Assembly (NCBI GenBank): GCA_965221905.1
Contig: OZ244922.1
Span: forward strand, 2,944,001-3,008,000
From: Chloroflexota bacterium
Lineage (GTDB): Bacteria; Chloroflexota; UBA11872; VXOZ01
Length of the DNA: 64,000 nt
Reading direction: 5' to 3'
Shown here: piece by piece, positions 39,497-49,105 of the stretch
Numbering within the stretch: the stretch's first letter is position 1
How the letters are laid out: each line of letters begins with the position of its first letter
Program-made: the position numbers and the translations under genes
The notes under the pieces: generated by a model
Told to the model about the DNA's origin: nothing
What the model saw: only the letters and a program-made list of their open reading frames with translations
Database searches by the model: none

Positions 39497-40330
39497 ATGG
39501 GTGACCGGCGTACATTGCTTAGGGCCGCGGTGCCGGCTGGGCTTGCCGCAATAGCCGGACTTGCCACACTAACCGCAGCGTGCGCTCCGCTTGATAGCCT
39601 GCAGTCGCTCTTGAAGCCGGATGACCGCGAGCACCTCACCGTGCTTGCCGATGCGAGTCTCGCCCCAACTGTCCCGTCGCTCAAGGGCGACTTCGAGCGC
39701 GCCAACCCCCACGCGCTCCTCTCAATCTCGTTACTCTCTTCCGGCGCCATCATGAAGACCGTCTTGCGAGGCAAGGATTTCGATGCTGTCCTCCTCGGGG
39801 GAGACACGTTTGGCGTGCCGATCGTCGAGGCCGGGCTGATTAAGGTCGGGACCATGCGCCCGATTACTTCGAACTGGCTCGTCATTGCAACCTCGGGCGA
39901 AAGCTCACTGGAATTGCAGAGTGCCCGTGACCTGCTGTTCGACGATGTAAAGCGCGTTGGAATCGCCGACTGGGAGCAATCGGCGCTCGGCATATACTCG
40001 CACCAAGCCTTGGATAACCTCGCACTATGGGATTCCCTGGCGTCGAAGCGTGTAAAAAGCAGAGACGAGAGAGAGTTAGCGGAGGAGCTCATCGGCGGAA
40101 AAGTAGACGCCGCCCTGCTCTATTCCTCATCCGCCAACTCCTCGGAAGAGCGCATAACAATCCAGGCCCCCGTCGCAGAACTGAGTCACCGTCCTATCAT
40201 CTACTACGTCGGCATTGCGCAACAAAGCAAGTACCCCATCACAATTTCGCAGTTTTCAAAATACCTCGTCAGCCAGTGGGGGCAGCGCCACTTTGAGTCC
40301 GCCGGCTTCAGAATGCTGACCCTGCGCTAG
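39497..40330 (+). CDS. modA: Molybdate ABC transporter substrate-binding protein (divergent)
   Basis: Lipobox LTAAC, A.ASL, SSG, N.LV, G.Y..QAL, G.VDA...Y.S and H.PI.Y motifs. Confidence 0.75.
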   Translation: MGDRRTLLRAAVPAGLAAIAGLATLTAACAPLDSLQSLLKPDDREHLTVLADASLAPTVPSLKGDFERANPHALLSISLLSSGAIMKTVLRGKDFDAVLLGGDTFGVPIVEAGLIKVGTMRPITSNWLVIATSGESSLELQSARDLLFDDVKRVGIADWEQSALGIYSHQALDNLALWDSLASKRVKSRDERELAEELIGGKVDAALLYSSSANSSEERITIQAPVAELSHRPIIYYVGIAQQSKYPITISQFSKYLVSQWGQRHFESAGFRMLTLR

Positions 40331-40350
40331 CAGAAGGAACGAAGAGCGTT

Positions 40351-41166
40351 ATGACCTTCAACACACGCCTCGGCCAGACTTGCACACAGAAGAACAGTTC
40401 ACTCTGTATTGGCTTGGATGTAGACCTCTCACGGTTGCCCGCCGATATTCCGGCAACGCGTGACGGCGTTATTCGCTTTTGCCGTGAAATCATCGATGCC
40501 ACCCACCGGTACGCCGCTGCCTACAAGCCCAACGCCGCTTTTTTCGAAAGCATGGGCACCTGGGGTCTGGAAGCGCTGCTAACGGTTCGACAGCACATTC
40601 CGCCTGACGCTATTGCGATTCTCGATGCCAAGCGCGGCGATATGGATAATACAAACGTCCAGTACGCACGTGCCGCCTTCGACACTCTGGGCTTCGATGC
40701 CATAACCGTACATCCCTACCTTGGGGCCGAAGCGCTGGATCCCTTCCTCTGCCGCGCAGAAAACGGCGTCTTCGTGCTCTGCCGCACGTCTAACCCCGGC
40801 GCAGGCGAGTTCCAAGACATGCGCATCGATTCTGGAGACCCACTCTTTCTCGCGGTGGCAAAAGCTACACACACCTGGAACAAGAATGAAAATTGCGGGC
40901 TCGTAACGGGGGCAACGTACCCCAACGAACTAGAGCAGGTGCGCAGCGTAGCCCCGGACTTGCCTTTGTTGATACCGGGCATCGGCGCACAGGGCGGCGA
41001 TTTGGAGGCTTCAGTCAAGGCCGCGGGCATCGGCGCACCCATGCTCATCAATGCCTCGCGCAGCATTCTCTATGCCAGCACAGAGCGCGACTATGCCGAG
41101 GCAGCGGCAGACGCGGCCGCAAAGCTCCACGCGGAAATCATCCAAGTGCGCGCGGCAGTTGCGTAG
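40351..41166 (+). CDS. pyrF: Orotidine-5'-phosphate decarboxylase
   Basis: LCIGLD, KPN.AFF, DAKRGD, TSNPG and LIPGIGAQGG motifs. Confidence 0.95.
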   Translation: MTFNTRLGQTCTQKNSSLCIGLDVDLSRLPADIPATRDGVIRFCREIIDATHRYAAAYKPNAAFFESMGTWGLEALLTVRQHIPPDAIAILDAKRGDMDNTNVQYARAAFDTLGFDAITVHPYLGAEALDPFLCRAENGVFVLCRTSNPGAGEFQDMRIDSGDPLFLAVAKATHTWNKNENCGLVTGATYPNELEQVRSVAPDLPLLIPGIGAQGGDLEASVKAAGIGAPMLINASRSILYASTERDYAEAAADAAAKLHAEIIQVRAAVA

Positions 41167-41250
41167 GGGCACGACATGTCGTGCCCCTACATCCGAGGTC
41201 AACCGCGCGCGGCATTCACTCTCCGTTCGCACTGAGCCTGTCGAAGTGCG
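41163..41250. repeat. GTAG-type REP plus a CTTCGACAGGCTCAG-type repeat between convergent pyrF and uvrC
   Basis: gtaggggcacgacatgtcgtgcccctac is a perfect palindrome; ccgttcgcactgagcctgtcgaagtgcgaa at about 41223. Confidence 0.75.
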
Positions 41251-41276
41251 AAGCACCGACCAGGCAAATGCCACGG

Positions 41277-43160
41277 TTACAGGTGCTCTTTGATCTTCTG
41301 TGCAACCGAGCGGTTCATCTTCGGCGCGCTAGCTAAGACCTCCACCGGTGCCTCTCGAATCGCGTCCACACTACCGAAGTGCTTTAGCAGTGCCACCTTC
41401 CGCTTCGTTCCGATACCGGGTATCTTGTCGAGCAAGGAACCAAAGCTATGCTTGGAACGAATCGTTCGATGGTACGTGATTGCAAATCGATGCGCTTCGT
41501 CGCGAATTCGTTGAAGCAATTTCCGTGCCTCGGAGCGTTCCGCCAACGTGATCGGGTTCGACTCTCCCGGCAAGAAGATCTCCTCGCGCTGCTTGGCGAG
41601 ACCCAGAATCGGGATATCGTGCAGCGCCAGGTTTGCCAGCACTTCCAGCACGGCATTAAGCTGTCCCTTGCCGCCATCGATTACGAGCAAGTCGGGTTTC
41701 ACACCCCATGAATCTAGGGCGTCGGAATCGACCCGGCCGTCTGAATCTTCATGTTCGCCCGTCTCCGTTTCCGCACGCTGTTCGCTCAGGCGTTTGAGCC
41801 GCCGTGTGAGCATTTCCTGTAGGCTGGCGAAGTCGTTAGGGCCGTCTACGCTCTTGATTCTAAAGCGGCGGTAATCACCCGTGCTCGGCAGACCGGACAC
41901 GAACACAGCCATGGCGCCGACGGTGTACGCCCCTTGGATATTCGAGATGTCATAACACTCGATGCGCACCGGCACGCTATCAAGGTCAAGGACGTCAGCC
42001 AGTTCCGTTAGAGCCACCTGTGCCCGCTGCTGGCTGTCCAAGTGCCGCAGCCGATGGTCCTGCAAGCCTTGGCGGGCGTTGTTTCCGGCCAGTTCCACAA
42101 GCCGACGCTTCTCGCCGATCTTAGGCACACTTAGGGTTACACTGCCGCCGCGCCGCTCCCGCAGCCACATGCGGAGCAATTCAGCGCCGCGAATGCCGAC
42201 CGGCAAGAAGATCGCTTGTGGAATCTGCATGCTACGGCCGTAGAATTGCTGCAGGAAGTCCCGTATCACGTCACGGTCTTCCTCGTCGGCAGCGTGCTCG
42301 AGGATGAAATTCTCACGCCCAAGCAGATGGCCGCCGCGGATGCTAAAGACCTGCACGCACACCTCATCTTCCTCGCGCGCGAAACCAATGACGTCAATGT
42401 CTCCTTGGCGGATATTGGTGATCTTCTGGCGTTCCAAGACCCGTTCTACCGCCCAGATGCGGTCGCGCATCACCGCCGCGCGTTCAAACTCCATCGCATC
42501 CGAAGCTTCCCGCATCTCAACGCGAATATTCTGAATCACGTCGCCCGGTCGGCCTTCCAAGAACCGCATAACCTGCTGGATGATTCCGGCGTATTCCTCC
42601 TGGGAAACCGCTCTGATGCAAGGGCCCGCACAGCGTTTTATGTGGAAATCGAGGCACGGCCGGTCATACTCTTTCTCCATGTTGAGGGCGCAGGAACGGT
42701 AGGGGAACATTCGATTGAGCAGATTCATCGTATCCCGCAGGCTGTACGCGCTAGTGTACGGGCCATAGTACTGCGCGCCGTCATCCAGGATGCGACGTGT
42801 TGTCATTACGCGGGGATAGACTTCATTGAGGGTCACTTTGAGGTAGAGAAACGACTTGTCGTCGCGCAGCACCACATTGTAGCGTGGCCGGTGGTGCTTG
42901 ATGAGATTGCTCTCCAGCACAAGGGCCTCGATCTCCGTATCGGTGATGATGTACTCAACGGTTACGGCTTTCTCGACCATGCTTCTGGTCTTCCACGGCA
43001 TCCGGTCCTGGCGGCCGAAATACGACCGCACGCGATTTCGGAGCAACTTCGCCTTGCCCACATAGAGAACCGTGCCCTTGCCGTCACGAAAGAGATAGCA
43101 TCCCGGTAGCAAAGGGACGGTAGCCATCCGCTCGCGAGCGTCTCTTACCTGAATCGACAC
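41277..43160 (-). CDS. uvrC: Excinuclease ABC subunit C
   Basis: PGCYLF..LYVGKA, UVR domain, RIECYDISN, IDGGKGQ, RDEAHRFA and a C-terminal HhH. Confidence 0.97.
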   Translation of the reverse strand: MSIQVRDARERMATVPLLPGCYLFRDGKGTVLYVGKAKLLRNRVRSYFGRQDRMPWKTRSMVEKAVTVEYIITDTEIEALVLESNLIKHHRPRYNVVLRDDKSFLYLKVTLNEVYPRVMTTRRILDDGAQYYGPYTSAYSLRDTMNLLNRMFPYRSCALNMEKEYDRPCLDFHIKRCAGPCIRAVSQEEYAGIIQQVMRFLEGRPGDVIQNIRVEMREASDAMEFERAAVMRDRIWAVERVLERQKITNIRQGDIDVIGFAREEDEVCVQVFSIRGGHLLGRENFILEHAADEEDRDVIRDFLQQFYGRSMQIPQAIFLPVGIRGAELLRMWLRERRGGSVTLSVPKIGEKRRLVELAGNNARQGLQDHRLRHLDSQQRAQVALTELADVLDLDSVPVRIECYDISNIQGAYTVGAMAVFVSGLPSTGDYRRFRIKSVDGPNDFASLQEMLTRRLKRLSEQRAETETGEHEDSDGRVDSDALDSWGVKPDLLVIDGGKGQLNAVLEVLANLALHDIPILGLAKQREEIFLPGESNPITLAERSEARKLLQRIRDEAHRFAITYHRTIRSKHSFGSLLDKIPGIGTKRKVALLKHFGSVDAIREAPVEVLASAPKMNRSVAQKIKEHL

Positions 43161-43281
43161 GTTAGTACTCCAGGACTCATGTTCGGCTACACCGAATTCT
43201 CATCTTCGTATGGTATCATAGGCTTAGAGGAGCTCTTATTCTCTGTCTGCAACCTCGTCTTACCACGAAGTGAGGGAGCGA

Positions 43282-43593
43282 GTGACCTTCAAGCTGAAAG
43301 ACGAATTCCATCAGGCGATGCTAAGCATTGACGATGCTGCTGCCCAGCACGGCTATCATCCAACATACTTCTTGCGAATGGTACACGAACTCGGCGGGTT
43401 GACAGCGGCCAAGCGCTTGCTCAGCACAGACGGCCCGCAATCAGGATTGGCCAGACTCTGGGAACTGGGATTGCTTGACAACTCTATGGAAGCGCTCGTT
43501 TTGCAAGAACGCTGGAAAGAGCTCTTTAGCGACAATGAGCGGCAAGCGGCGCGGAAACGGTTGAAAGACTACGGGTATACATTTAAGCTGTGA
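43282..43593 (+). CDS. Conserved hypothetical protein
   Basis: GAGGGAG RBS; FH.AM..GY.PTYFL.MV..GG..AK.LL..SG...LW..G.LD.S.EA.VL resembles an uncharacterised domain I associate with nuclease/restriction loci. Confidence 0.6.
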   Translation: MTFKLKDEFHQAMLSIDDAAAQHGYHPTYFLRMVHELGGLTAAKRLLSTDGPQSGLARLWELGLLDNSMEALVLQERWKELFSDNERQAARKRLKDYGYTFKL

Positions 43594-43695
43594 TTGTCGA
43601 GTTGCGGTGGCGGGGCAGTGACCTTCCCCATTCTCGGAATGACGGGGAGCGGGAACTGGTGACGCGAAAGCCCCAAGCCGAAGGAGCAACCAAGA

Positions 43696-43956
43696 ATGGC
43701 GGTACTTGATACCTATAAGGCGTTTGAGGCCTTGACGGGCGCGGGCTTCACGGAAAGCCAAGCCAAAGCCCTTATCGACGCGGGCCGCGAAGGCTACGGC
43801 GCACTGGCAACCAAAACCGACATTCAGGATATGGCGACCAAAACCGACCTGCGCGCACTAGAACAGAGCATAACCATCAAAGTTGGGGCGATGTTGTTCG
43901 CGCTGGCAGGCTTGCTGGTTGGGGTACTGGTTGCCCTGGAACTGCTGCCTCCCTAA
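43696..43956 (+). CDS. DUF1640/CCDC90-like coiled-coil membrane protein
   Basis: DT.K..E.L..AGF.E.QA, two ATKTD motifs and a C-terminal TM; AAGGAG RBS. Confidence 0.75.
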   Translation: MAVLDTYKAFEALTGAGFTESQAKALIDAGREGYGALATKTDIQDMATKTDLRALEQSITIKVGAMLFALAGLLVGVLVALELLPP

Positions 43957-44196
43957 GCCCGACCGCGAGTGGATCCGGGCTGTACGATTCGCATGGGCGC
44001 CCCCGCGATACCTAAGCCCGACTATAGGTGGACGCAGATGCGAGTGTCCCTAATTGTGTACGCAAGGCGCGTGTGCTGAGATGTTCTTTCCATGCCCGGC
44101 AAGCAAACCCCTTGCAAGCCGCAAGCAGCCCGCTCTACGTTGAAATCGAGTACTATTGACTATACTGTGGCATGATCTTTAGAGAAGGAGGGCCTA

Positions 44197-44994
44197 GTGC
44201 AATTGACGAAAAAGCTTATCGGTCTACTAGCGATTGCGAGCATACTGCTCTTGGCTGGGTGCGCCACGGCGGCGGTGCAAGCCGCACCCGCAGCATCGGG
44301 AGCCGAAGCTCCTGCCGTGACCCCCTACAACGGCGGCGAAGAGAAGTCCGTCGAGCGCAGCATCTCGGTACAGGGACAAGGTACCGTGAGCGCCAAGCCC
44401 GACCTGGTCACGCTTTCGTTGGGCGTGCAGACCACTGGTGAAACGGCAATGGAGGCGCTGGCGCTCAACAGCGAGCAGATGACCGGGGTTATTGCCGCGA
44501 TTCAGGAGGCCGAGATCGCGAATGAGGATATACAGACCTCCGGCATCAACCTCTACCCCGTCTACGAAGACCGCTCCCTGGTGCAACCCGGTGAGCAGCG
44601 CCAAGTCGTCGGTTACCGGGCGTCAAACGATATAAGCGTCAGGGTCCACGACATCGACAAAGCAGGCTCGGTGCTTGACGCGGCGGTAACTGCCGGCGCC
44701 AACCAGGTCGGCGGCGTGCGGTTCGGCTTGAGCGACATCGATACCATCGTGACAGACGCGCTGATCGCGGCGGTGCAGAATGCCCAAGCCAAAGCGCAGA
44801 CTATTGCCGACACGCTCGGCGTAACACTTGGCACCGCGCTCGTGGTCAATGAAGAGTGGATTGAAAGGCCGGAAGCGAGAGGAGTCGCCTTTGCCGCGGA
44901 AGCCGCATTTGACAGTGGCGGCTTCTCTTCACCCGTGCAGGGCGGCGCCGTGAGTGTTACCGCGCACATTCGTGTGACGTTCGCTATCGAGTAA
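44197..44994 (+). CDS. SIMPL/DUF541 domain lipoprotein
   Basis: Lipobox LAGC, ISVQG.G.V...PD, DIQTS...L.P.Y, GY.ASN, AGAN and AV..A..KA..A; AAGGAGG RBS. Confidence 0.9.
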   Translation: MQLTKKLIGLLAIASILLLAGCATAAVQAAPAASGAEAPAVTPYNGGEEKSVERSISVQGQGTVSAKPDLVTLSLGVQTTGETAMEALALNSEQMTGVIAAIQEAEIANEDIQTSGINLYPVYEDRSLVQPGEQRQVVGYRASNDISVRVHDIDKAGSVLDAAVTAGANQVGGVRFGLSDIDTIVTDALIAAVQNAQAKAQTIADTLGVTLGTALVVNEEWIERPEARGVAFAAEAAFDSGGFSSPVQGGAVSVTAHIRVTFAIE

Positions 44995-45038
44995 GGCTAA
45001 CCCACGCCGGATATTCGGCGCCTAGGCAAAGATAAGCT

Positions 45039-45076
45039 GAAAGCGGGCCGTTGACCGGCCCGCTTTCTAATTTTCT
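45039..45076. terminator. Rho-independent terminator, possibly bidirectional
   Basis: gaaagcgggccg-ttgac-cggcccgctttc followed by taatttt, between convergent genes. Confidence 0.75.
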
Positions 45077-45167
45077 GCGGCACGCGAACGATAGCCGTGG
45101 ACTCTTTGCTCAGACACACCCTCGCGCAGCGCGAATGCGGCGCTACGCGGCGACGATATACGCAAAC

Positions 45168-45632
45168 TTAACCCTCTGTGTGCGGCCTCCGCCCCCGGGA
45201 GGCACACCACTCTTCGTACGACGGCACGTCCTCGTTGACGACCCAGAGAAAATAGTATGCGCCGGTTTCGCCGAGGAAACCAAAGCGCTTGCGCAGGTCT
45301 TTCACTGTAGCCTCAAAGCCGCCGTGAGAGCGCAAGTATCCTTGGAAGCTCCCGTGTTCCTCTTCTAATTCGCGCATAGCGCGCGCGTTCTTGACGATGG
45401 CTGCCAGCTTGCGCCGGTTGCGGATCACGCGCTTGTCCTGCGCCAGATCGTCCAAGTCTTTCTCGCTCAGAAAAGCGATCGCAATCGGATCGAAATTGCG
45501 CATGGCTGCCTTGATGTCAGGCCACTTTACCTCTACGACTCGCCATGACATGCCGCTGTGAAATACCGCCTTGCTCATAACTTCCAGGTAGTCCGCAAGA
45601 CTTTGCGGTTCGATCCTTTGCGGTGATTCCAT
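45168..45632 (-). CDS. DNA-3-methyladenine glycosylase I-like protein (short form)
   Basis: F.SG.SW..V, FDP..IA, IRN.RKL.A.V.NA and L.K.F.F.G.T..Y.F motifs. Confidence 0.82.
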   Translation of the reverse strand: MESPQRIEPQSLADYLEVMSKAVFHSGMSWRVVEVKWPDIKAAMRNFDPIAIAFLSEKDLDDLAQDKRVIRNRRKLAAIVKNARAMRELEEEHGSFQGYLRSHGGFEATVKDLRKRFGFLGETGAYYFLWVVNEDVPSYEEWCASRGRRPHTEG

Positions 45633-45878
45633 AGTGGCCTCTCTTGTCAATGGAGACGATAAAGGGGTTTGCAGTGAGATGAGAATCATACGAACGATTT
45701 TTGCAGTATGGCAGAGCCGGCGGCATCGGGCAAACTCGCTGAACACCCATCTCTTCTCACTCCCCGCAAGTGCGAAACTTGGCACGGGGCACGGCTTCGT
45801 TCTTACAACGTAGGCGTTTGTGGGGAAGCGCGTTTAGAGGCTATAATCAGAGTTAAGTCAATGAAAGGCGATGTCACT

Positions 45879-46190
45879 GTGAAAGATCCGGAACACACGG
45901 AAACCATTACGCGTGCCGACGTGCAGCACGTGGCTAGTCTTGCACGGCTGGCACTCTCACCTGATGAGGAAGAGCGGTTTCAGCATCAACTCAGCGCGGT
46001 CTTCGAGCACTTTCAGAAGCTCAGCGCTTTGGATACCGAGCAAATTCCCCCAACTGCACAAGTCATCCCGCTCAAGAACGTCATGCGTTCCGACACGGTG
46101 GAACCATCGCTGACGGAACAGGAAGTCCTCGCGAACGCCCCGGATCGCGAGGGCGACCAGTTTCGCGTGCGCGCCATTCTGGATTTCTAG
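45879..46190 (+). CDS. gatC: Asp/Glu-tRNA amidotransferase subunit C
   Basis: IT..DV.HVA.LARL, LDTE..PPT, NVMR.D and LANAP motifs. Confidence 0.93.
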   Translation: MKDPEHTETITRADVQHVASLARLALSPDEEERFQHQLSAVFEHFQKLSALDTEQIPPTAQVIPLKNVMRSDTVEPSLTEQEVLANAPDREGDQFRVRAILDF

Positions 46191-46193
46191 TCC

Positions 46194-47672
46194 GTGAATC
46201 TCAATGCACTGACCGTCCACGAAGCTCAGGACTTGCTGCGCCAAGGCGAGATAACCTCTCTCCAGCTCACCGAGGCTGCATTGGCGCAGATCGAGGCCGT
46301 TGACGAGTCTATCCACGCCTACGTGACCGTGACCCCGGAAAAGGCGCGAGCGCAAGCGCAAGCGGCTGACGAGCGACTAGCGCAAGACGGCACCGCAGTA
46401 CCGCCGCTAACAGGCATCCCAGCCGCCATCAAAGACGTCGTTAGTACCAAGGGCGTCCGCACCACCTGCTCATCGCGTATGTTGGAGAACTATATTCCTC
46501 CGTACGACGCTACCGTCATGGAGAAGCTTAACGCTCAAGGAATGGTGCTGTTGGGCAAAACCAACATGGACGAATTCGCCATGGGTTCGAGCACGGAACA
46601 CTCGGCCTTCTTCACCACGCGCAACCCGTGGGACTACGAGCGCGTACCGGGCGGCTCGAGCGGCGGTTCGGCCGCAGCGGTAGCCGCCGACGAAGCGATT
46701 TTCTCGTTAGGTTCCGACACCGGCGGCTCCATTCGCCAACCTGCTGCCCTTTGCGGCGTCGTCGGCATGAAACCGACCTACGGCCGTGTTTCACGCTACG
46801 GTCTTGTCGCATTCGCCTCATCGCTCGACCAGATCGGCCCGCTTACCAAAGACGTCACGGATTGCGCTATTGTCCTCGAGGCGATATGCGGTCACGATCC
46901 CCGCGACGCCACGTCGGCGCCGCATCCCGTGCCAAACTGGCCGGAGGAAATGAAGCGGGACGTTAAGGGATTGCGGGTTGGAGTGCCGCAAGAGTACTTC
47001 GGCGCAGGGATCGATCCTGAAGTCGAGCAGTCCGTGCGTAAGGCCATCGACCAGCTTCTTAGCTTGGGTGTTACGGTGGAAGAAGTTTCTCTGCCGCACA
47101 CCGATCATGCCCTTGCCACCTACTACATCATTGCTCCCGCGGAGGCGAGCGCAAACCTGGCGCGCTACGACGGCATCAGATACGGCTACGCGGCGCAAGA
47201 CGCTGAGACCATGTGGGAGGCGTATAGCCGCACGCGGGGTGAGGGCTTTGGCTCCGAGGTCAAGCGGCGCATCCTCGTTGGCACCCATGCGCTTTCCAGC
47301 GGCTACTACGACGCCTACTACCTCAAGGCGCAAAAGGCGCGAACACTGATCGCCGCGGACTTTCAGCAGGCGTTCGAGCAAGTTGACGCTATCGTCTGTC
47401 CCACGTCCGCGACCGTAGCCTTCAAAATTGGCGAACGGATTGACGATCCGATTAGCATGTACCTATCAGACTTGTACACGTTGCCCGGCAACGTCGCGGG
47501 CCTGCCCGGTATTTCCCAACCGTGCGGCCTCGTGCAGGGACTACCCGTTGGACTGCAATTCATAGGTAAGCCGTTCGACGAAACCACGCTTCTGCGTTTG
47601 GCATACGCATACGAGCAAGCGAGCGGCCTCCGCTACAGACCTGCCCTTCCTCAAGGAGCACAACTACAATGA
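46194..47672 (+). CDS. gatA: Asp/Glu-tRNA amidotransferase subunit A
   Basis: [40 protein letters not shown] and YYDAYY.KA motifs. Confidence 0.97.
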   Translation: MNLNALTVHEAQDLLRQGEITSLQLTEAALAQIEAVDESIHAYVTVTPEKARAQAQAADERLAQDGTAVPPLTGIPAAIKDVVSTKGVRTTCSSRMLENYIPPYDATVMEKLNAQGMVLLGKTNMDEFAMGSSTEHSAFFTTRNPWDYERVPGGSSGGSAAAVAADEAIFSLGSDTGGSIRQPAALCGVVGMKPTYGRVSRYGLVAFASSLDQIGPLTKDVTDCAIVLEAICGHDPRDATSAPHPVPNWPEEMKRDVKGLRVGVPQEYFGAGIDPEVEQSVRKAIDQLLSLGVTVEEVSLPHTDHALATYYIIAPAEASANLARYDGIRYGYAAQDAETMWEAYSRTRGEGFGSEVKRRILVGTHALSSGYYDAYYLKAQKARTLIAADFQQAFEQVDAIVCPTSATVAFKIGERIDDPISMYLSDLYTLPGNVAGLPGISQPCGLVQGLPVGLQFIGKPFDETTLLRLAYAYEQASGLRYRPALPQGAQLQ

Positions 47673-48880
47673 CCGCATCTTCTATTGCCGGCGCCGGCGC
47701 TGCCACCGGTACCGACGTAACCGGCAGACTATCGGCGCGTGTACGCGAAGTGCCGGCCTCCGGCATTCGGAAGTTTTTTGATATTCTCGCCAGCATGGAT
47801 GATGTCATCTCGCTCGGTGTGGGAGAGCCCGATTTTGTAACGCCGGAGCATATTCTGCAGGCCGGGGTCGATTCGCTGGCCAAAGGAGAAACGCACTACA
47901 CTTCCAACTACGGCCTGATGGAACTGCGGGAAGCGGTAGCGGAGTACCTTAGCGAACACTATGGCGTCCAATACGATCCCAAGACGGAAATACTGCTTAC
48001 GGCCGGTGTCAGCGAAGCGGTTGACATTGCGTTGCGCGCCGTCATCGATCCCGGTGATGAGGTGATTGTGCCGGAGCCGGCGTATGTTTCTTACCGTCCG
48101 TGCATCACGTTTGCCGGCGGCGAGCCGGTTGGCATCAATAGCTCGGCAGAAACCAACTTTCGCATTACGGCGGCGCAAATCGCCGCGGCGATCACACCCC
48201 GCACCAAAGCGCTGTTGCTTGGCTTCCCGGCGAACCCGACCGGAGCCATGCTGCCCCGCGAAGAGTGGCACCAGATCGTCGAGTTGGCACGGCAGCACAA
48301 CCTCATCATGCTCTCCGACGAGATCTACGGGCGGCTCGCGTATACCATGGAGCATACGTGTGTGAGCGCTCTCCCCGGAGCGTGGGACCGCACTATCTTA
48401 CTTGGCGGATTCTCCAAGTCCTACGCCATGACCGGCTGGCGCATCGGATACGTGGCAGCGCCAAGCGCGGTGCTGGAGTACATAATGAAGGTGCACCAAT
48501 ACGTGGTCATGTGCGCGCCTACCATGAGCCAGTATGCGGCCTTGCAAGCCGTTCGGCACGGTGAGCCTGACGTCGAACGCATGCTTAGCGAGTACACGAA
48601 ACGGCGCACCCTCATCGTCGACGGCTTGAATGATATTGGGCTCAATTGCGTACCGCCTGACGGAGCCTTCTATTGCTTCCCAAGCATACGTTCGACCGGT
48701 CTCTCGTCGCAGGAATTCGCGGAGCGCTTGCTGCAAGAAGAGCACGTCGCTTGCGTGGCCGGTGACGCCTTTGGCCCCTGCGGCGACGGCCACGTGCGCA
48801 TGTGCTACGCCGTACCGACTGCCGACATCGAGGTCGCACTGGAGCGCATAGCCAATTTCGTGAACCGTGTAAGAGGATAG
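47669..48880 (+). CDS. Class I/II PLP aminotransferase
   Basis: [18 protein letters not shown] and [12 protein letters not shown] motifs; ATGA overlap with gatA. Confidence 0.93.
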   Translation: MTASSIAGAGAATGTDVTGRLSARVREVPASGIRKFFDILASMDDVISLGVGEPDFVTPEHILQAGVDSLAKGETHYTSNYGLMELREAVAEYLSEHYGVQYDPKTEILLTAGVSEAVDIALRAVIDPGDEVIVPEPAYVSYRPCITFAGGEPVGINSSAETNFRITAAQIAAAITPRTKALLLGFPANPTGAMLPREEWHQIVELARQHNLIMLSDEIYGRLAYTMEHTCVSALPGAWDRTILLGGFSKSYAMTGWRIGYVAAPSAVLEYIMKVHQYVVMCAPTMSQYAALQAVRHGEPDVERMLSEYTKRRTLIVDGLNDIGLNCVPPDGAFYCFPSIRSTGLSSQEFAERLLQEEHVACVAGDAFGPCGDGHVRMCYAVPTADIEVALERIANFVNRVRG

Positions 48881-48916
48881 CGTGTCGTACGTGGGCATCA
48901 ACCGCCGCGCAGACTG

Positions 48917-49096
48917 GGTAGCGTAGGTTTGTAACCTGTGCTACTGCGGGAGAACGGCACGTCAGGTAGCGTAGGTTTGTAACCTGTGCTACTGCGGGAG
49001 AACGGCACGTCAGGTAGCGTAGGTTTGTAACCTGCGCCGCCGTGGGAGAACGGCACGTCAGGTAGCGTAGGTTTGTAACCTGCGCCGCCGTGGGAG
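48917..49096 (+). repeat. 48-bp tandem array (about 3.75 units) of a GTAG-type REP hairpin plus linker
   Basis: Units start at 48917, 48965, 49013 and 49061: ggtagcgtaggtttgtaacctg(t/c)gc(ta/cg)c(t/c)g(c/t)gggagaacggcacgtca. Confidence 0.92.
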
Positions 49097-49105
49097 TAAC
49101 AATTC

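Noticed and set aside
48917-49096. CRISPR array, or the repeat-protein ORFs 48642-49115 and 48898-49143
   Set aside because: Linkers are identical; the ORFs arise because the 48-bp period is a multiple of 3 and they lie antisense to real genes.
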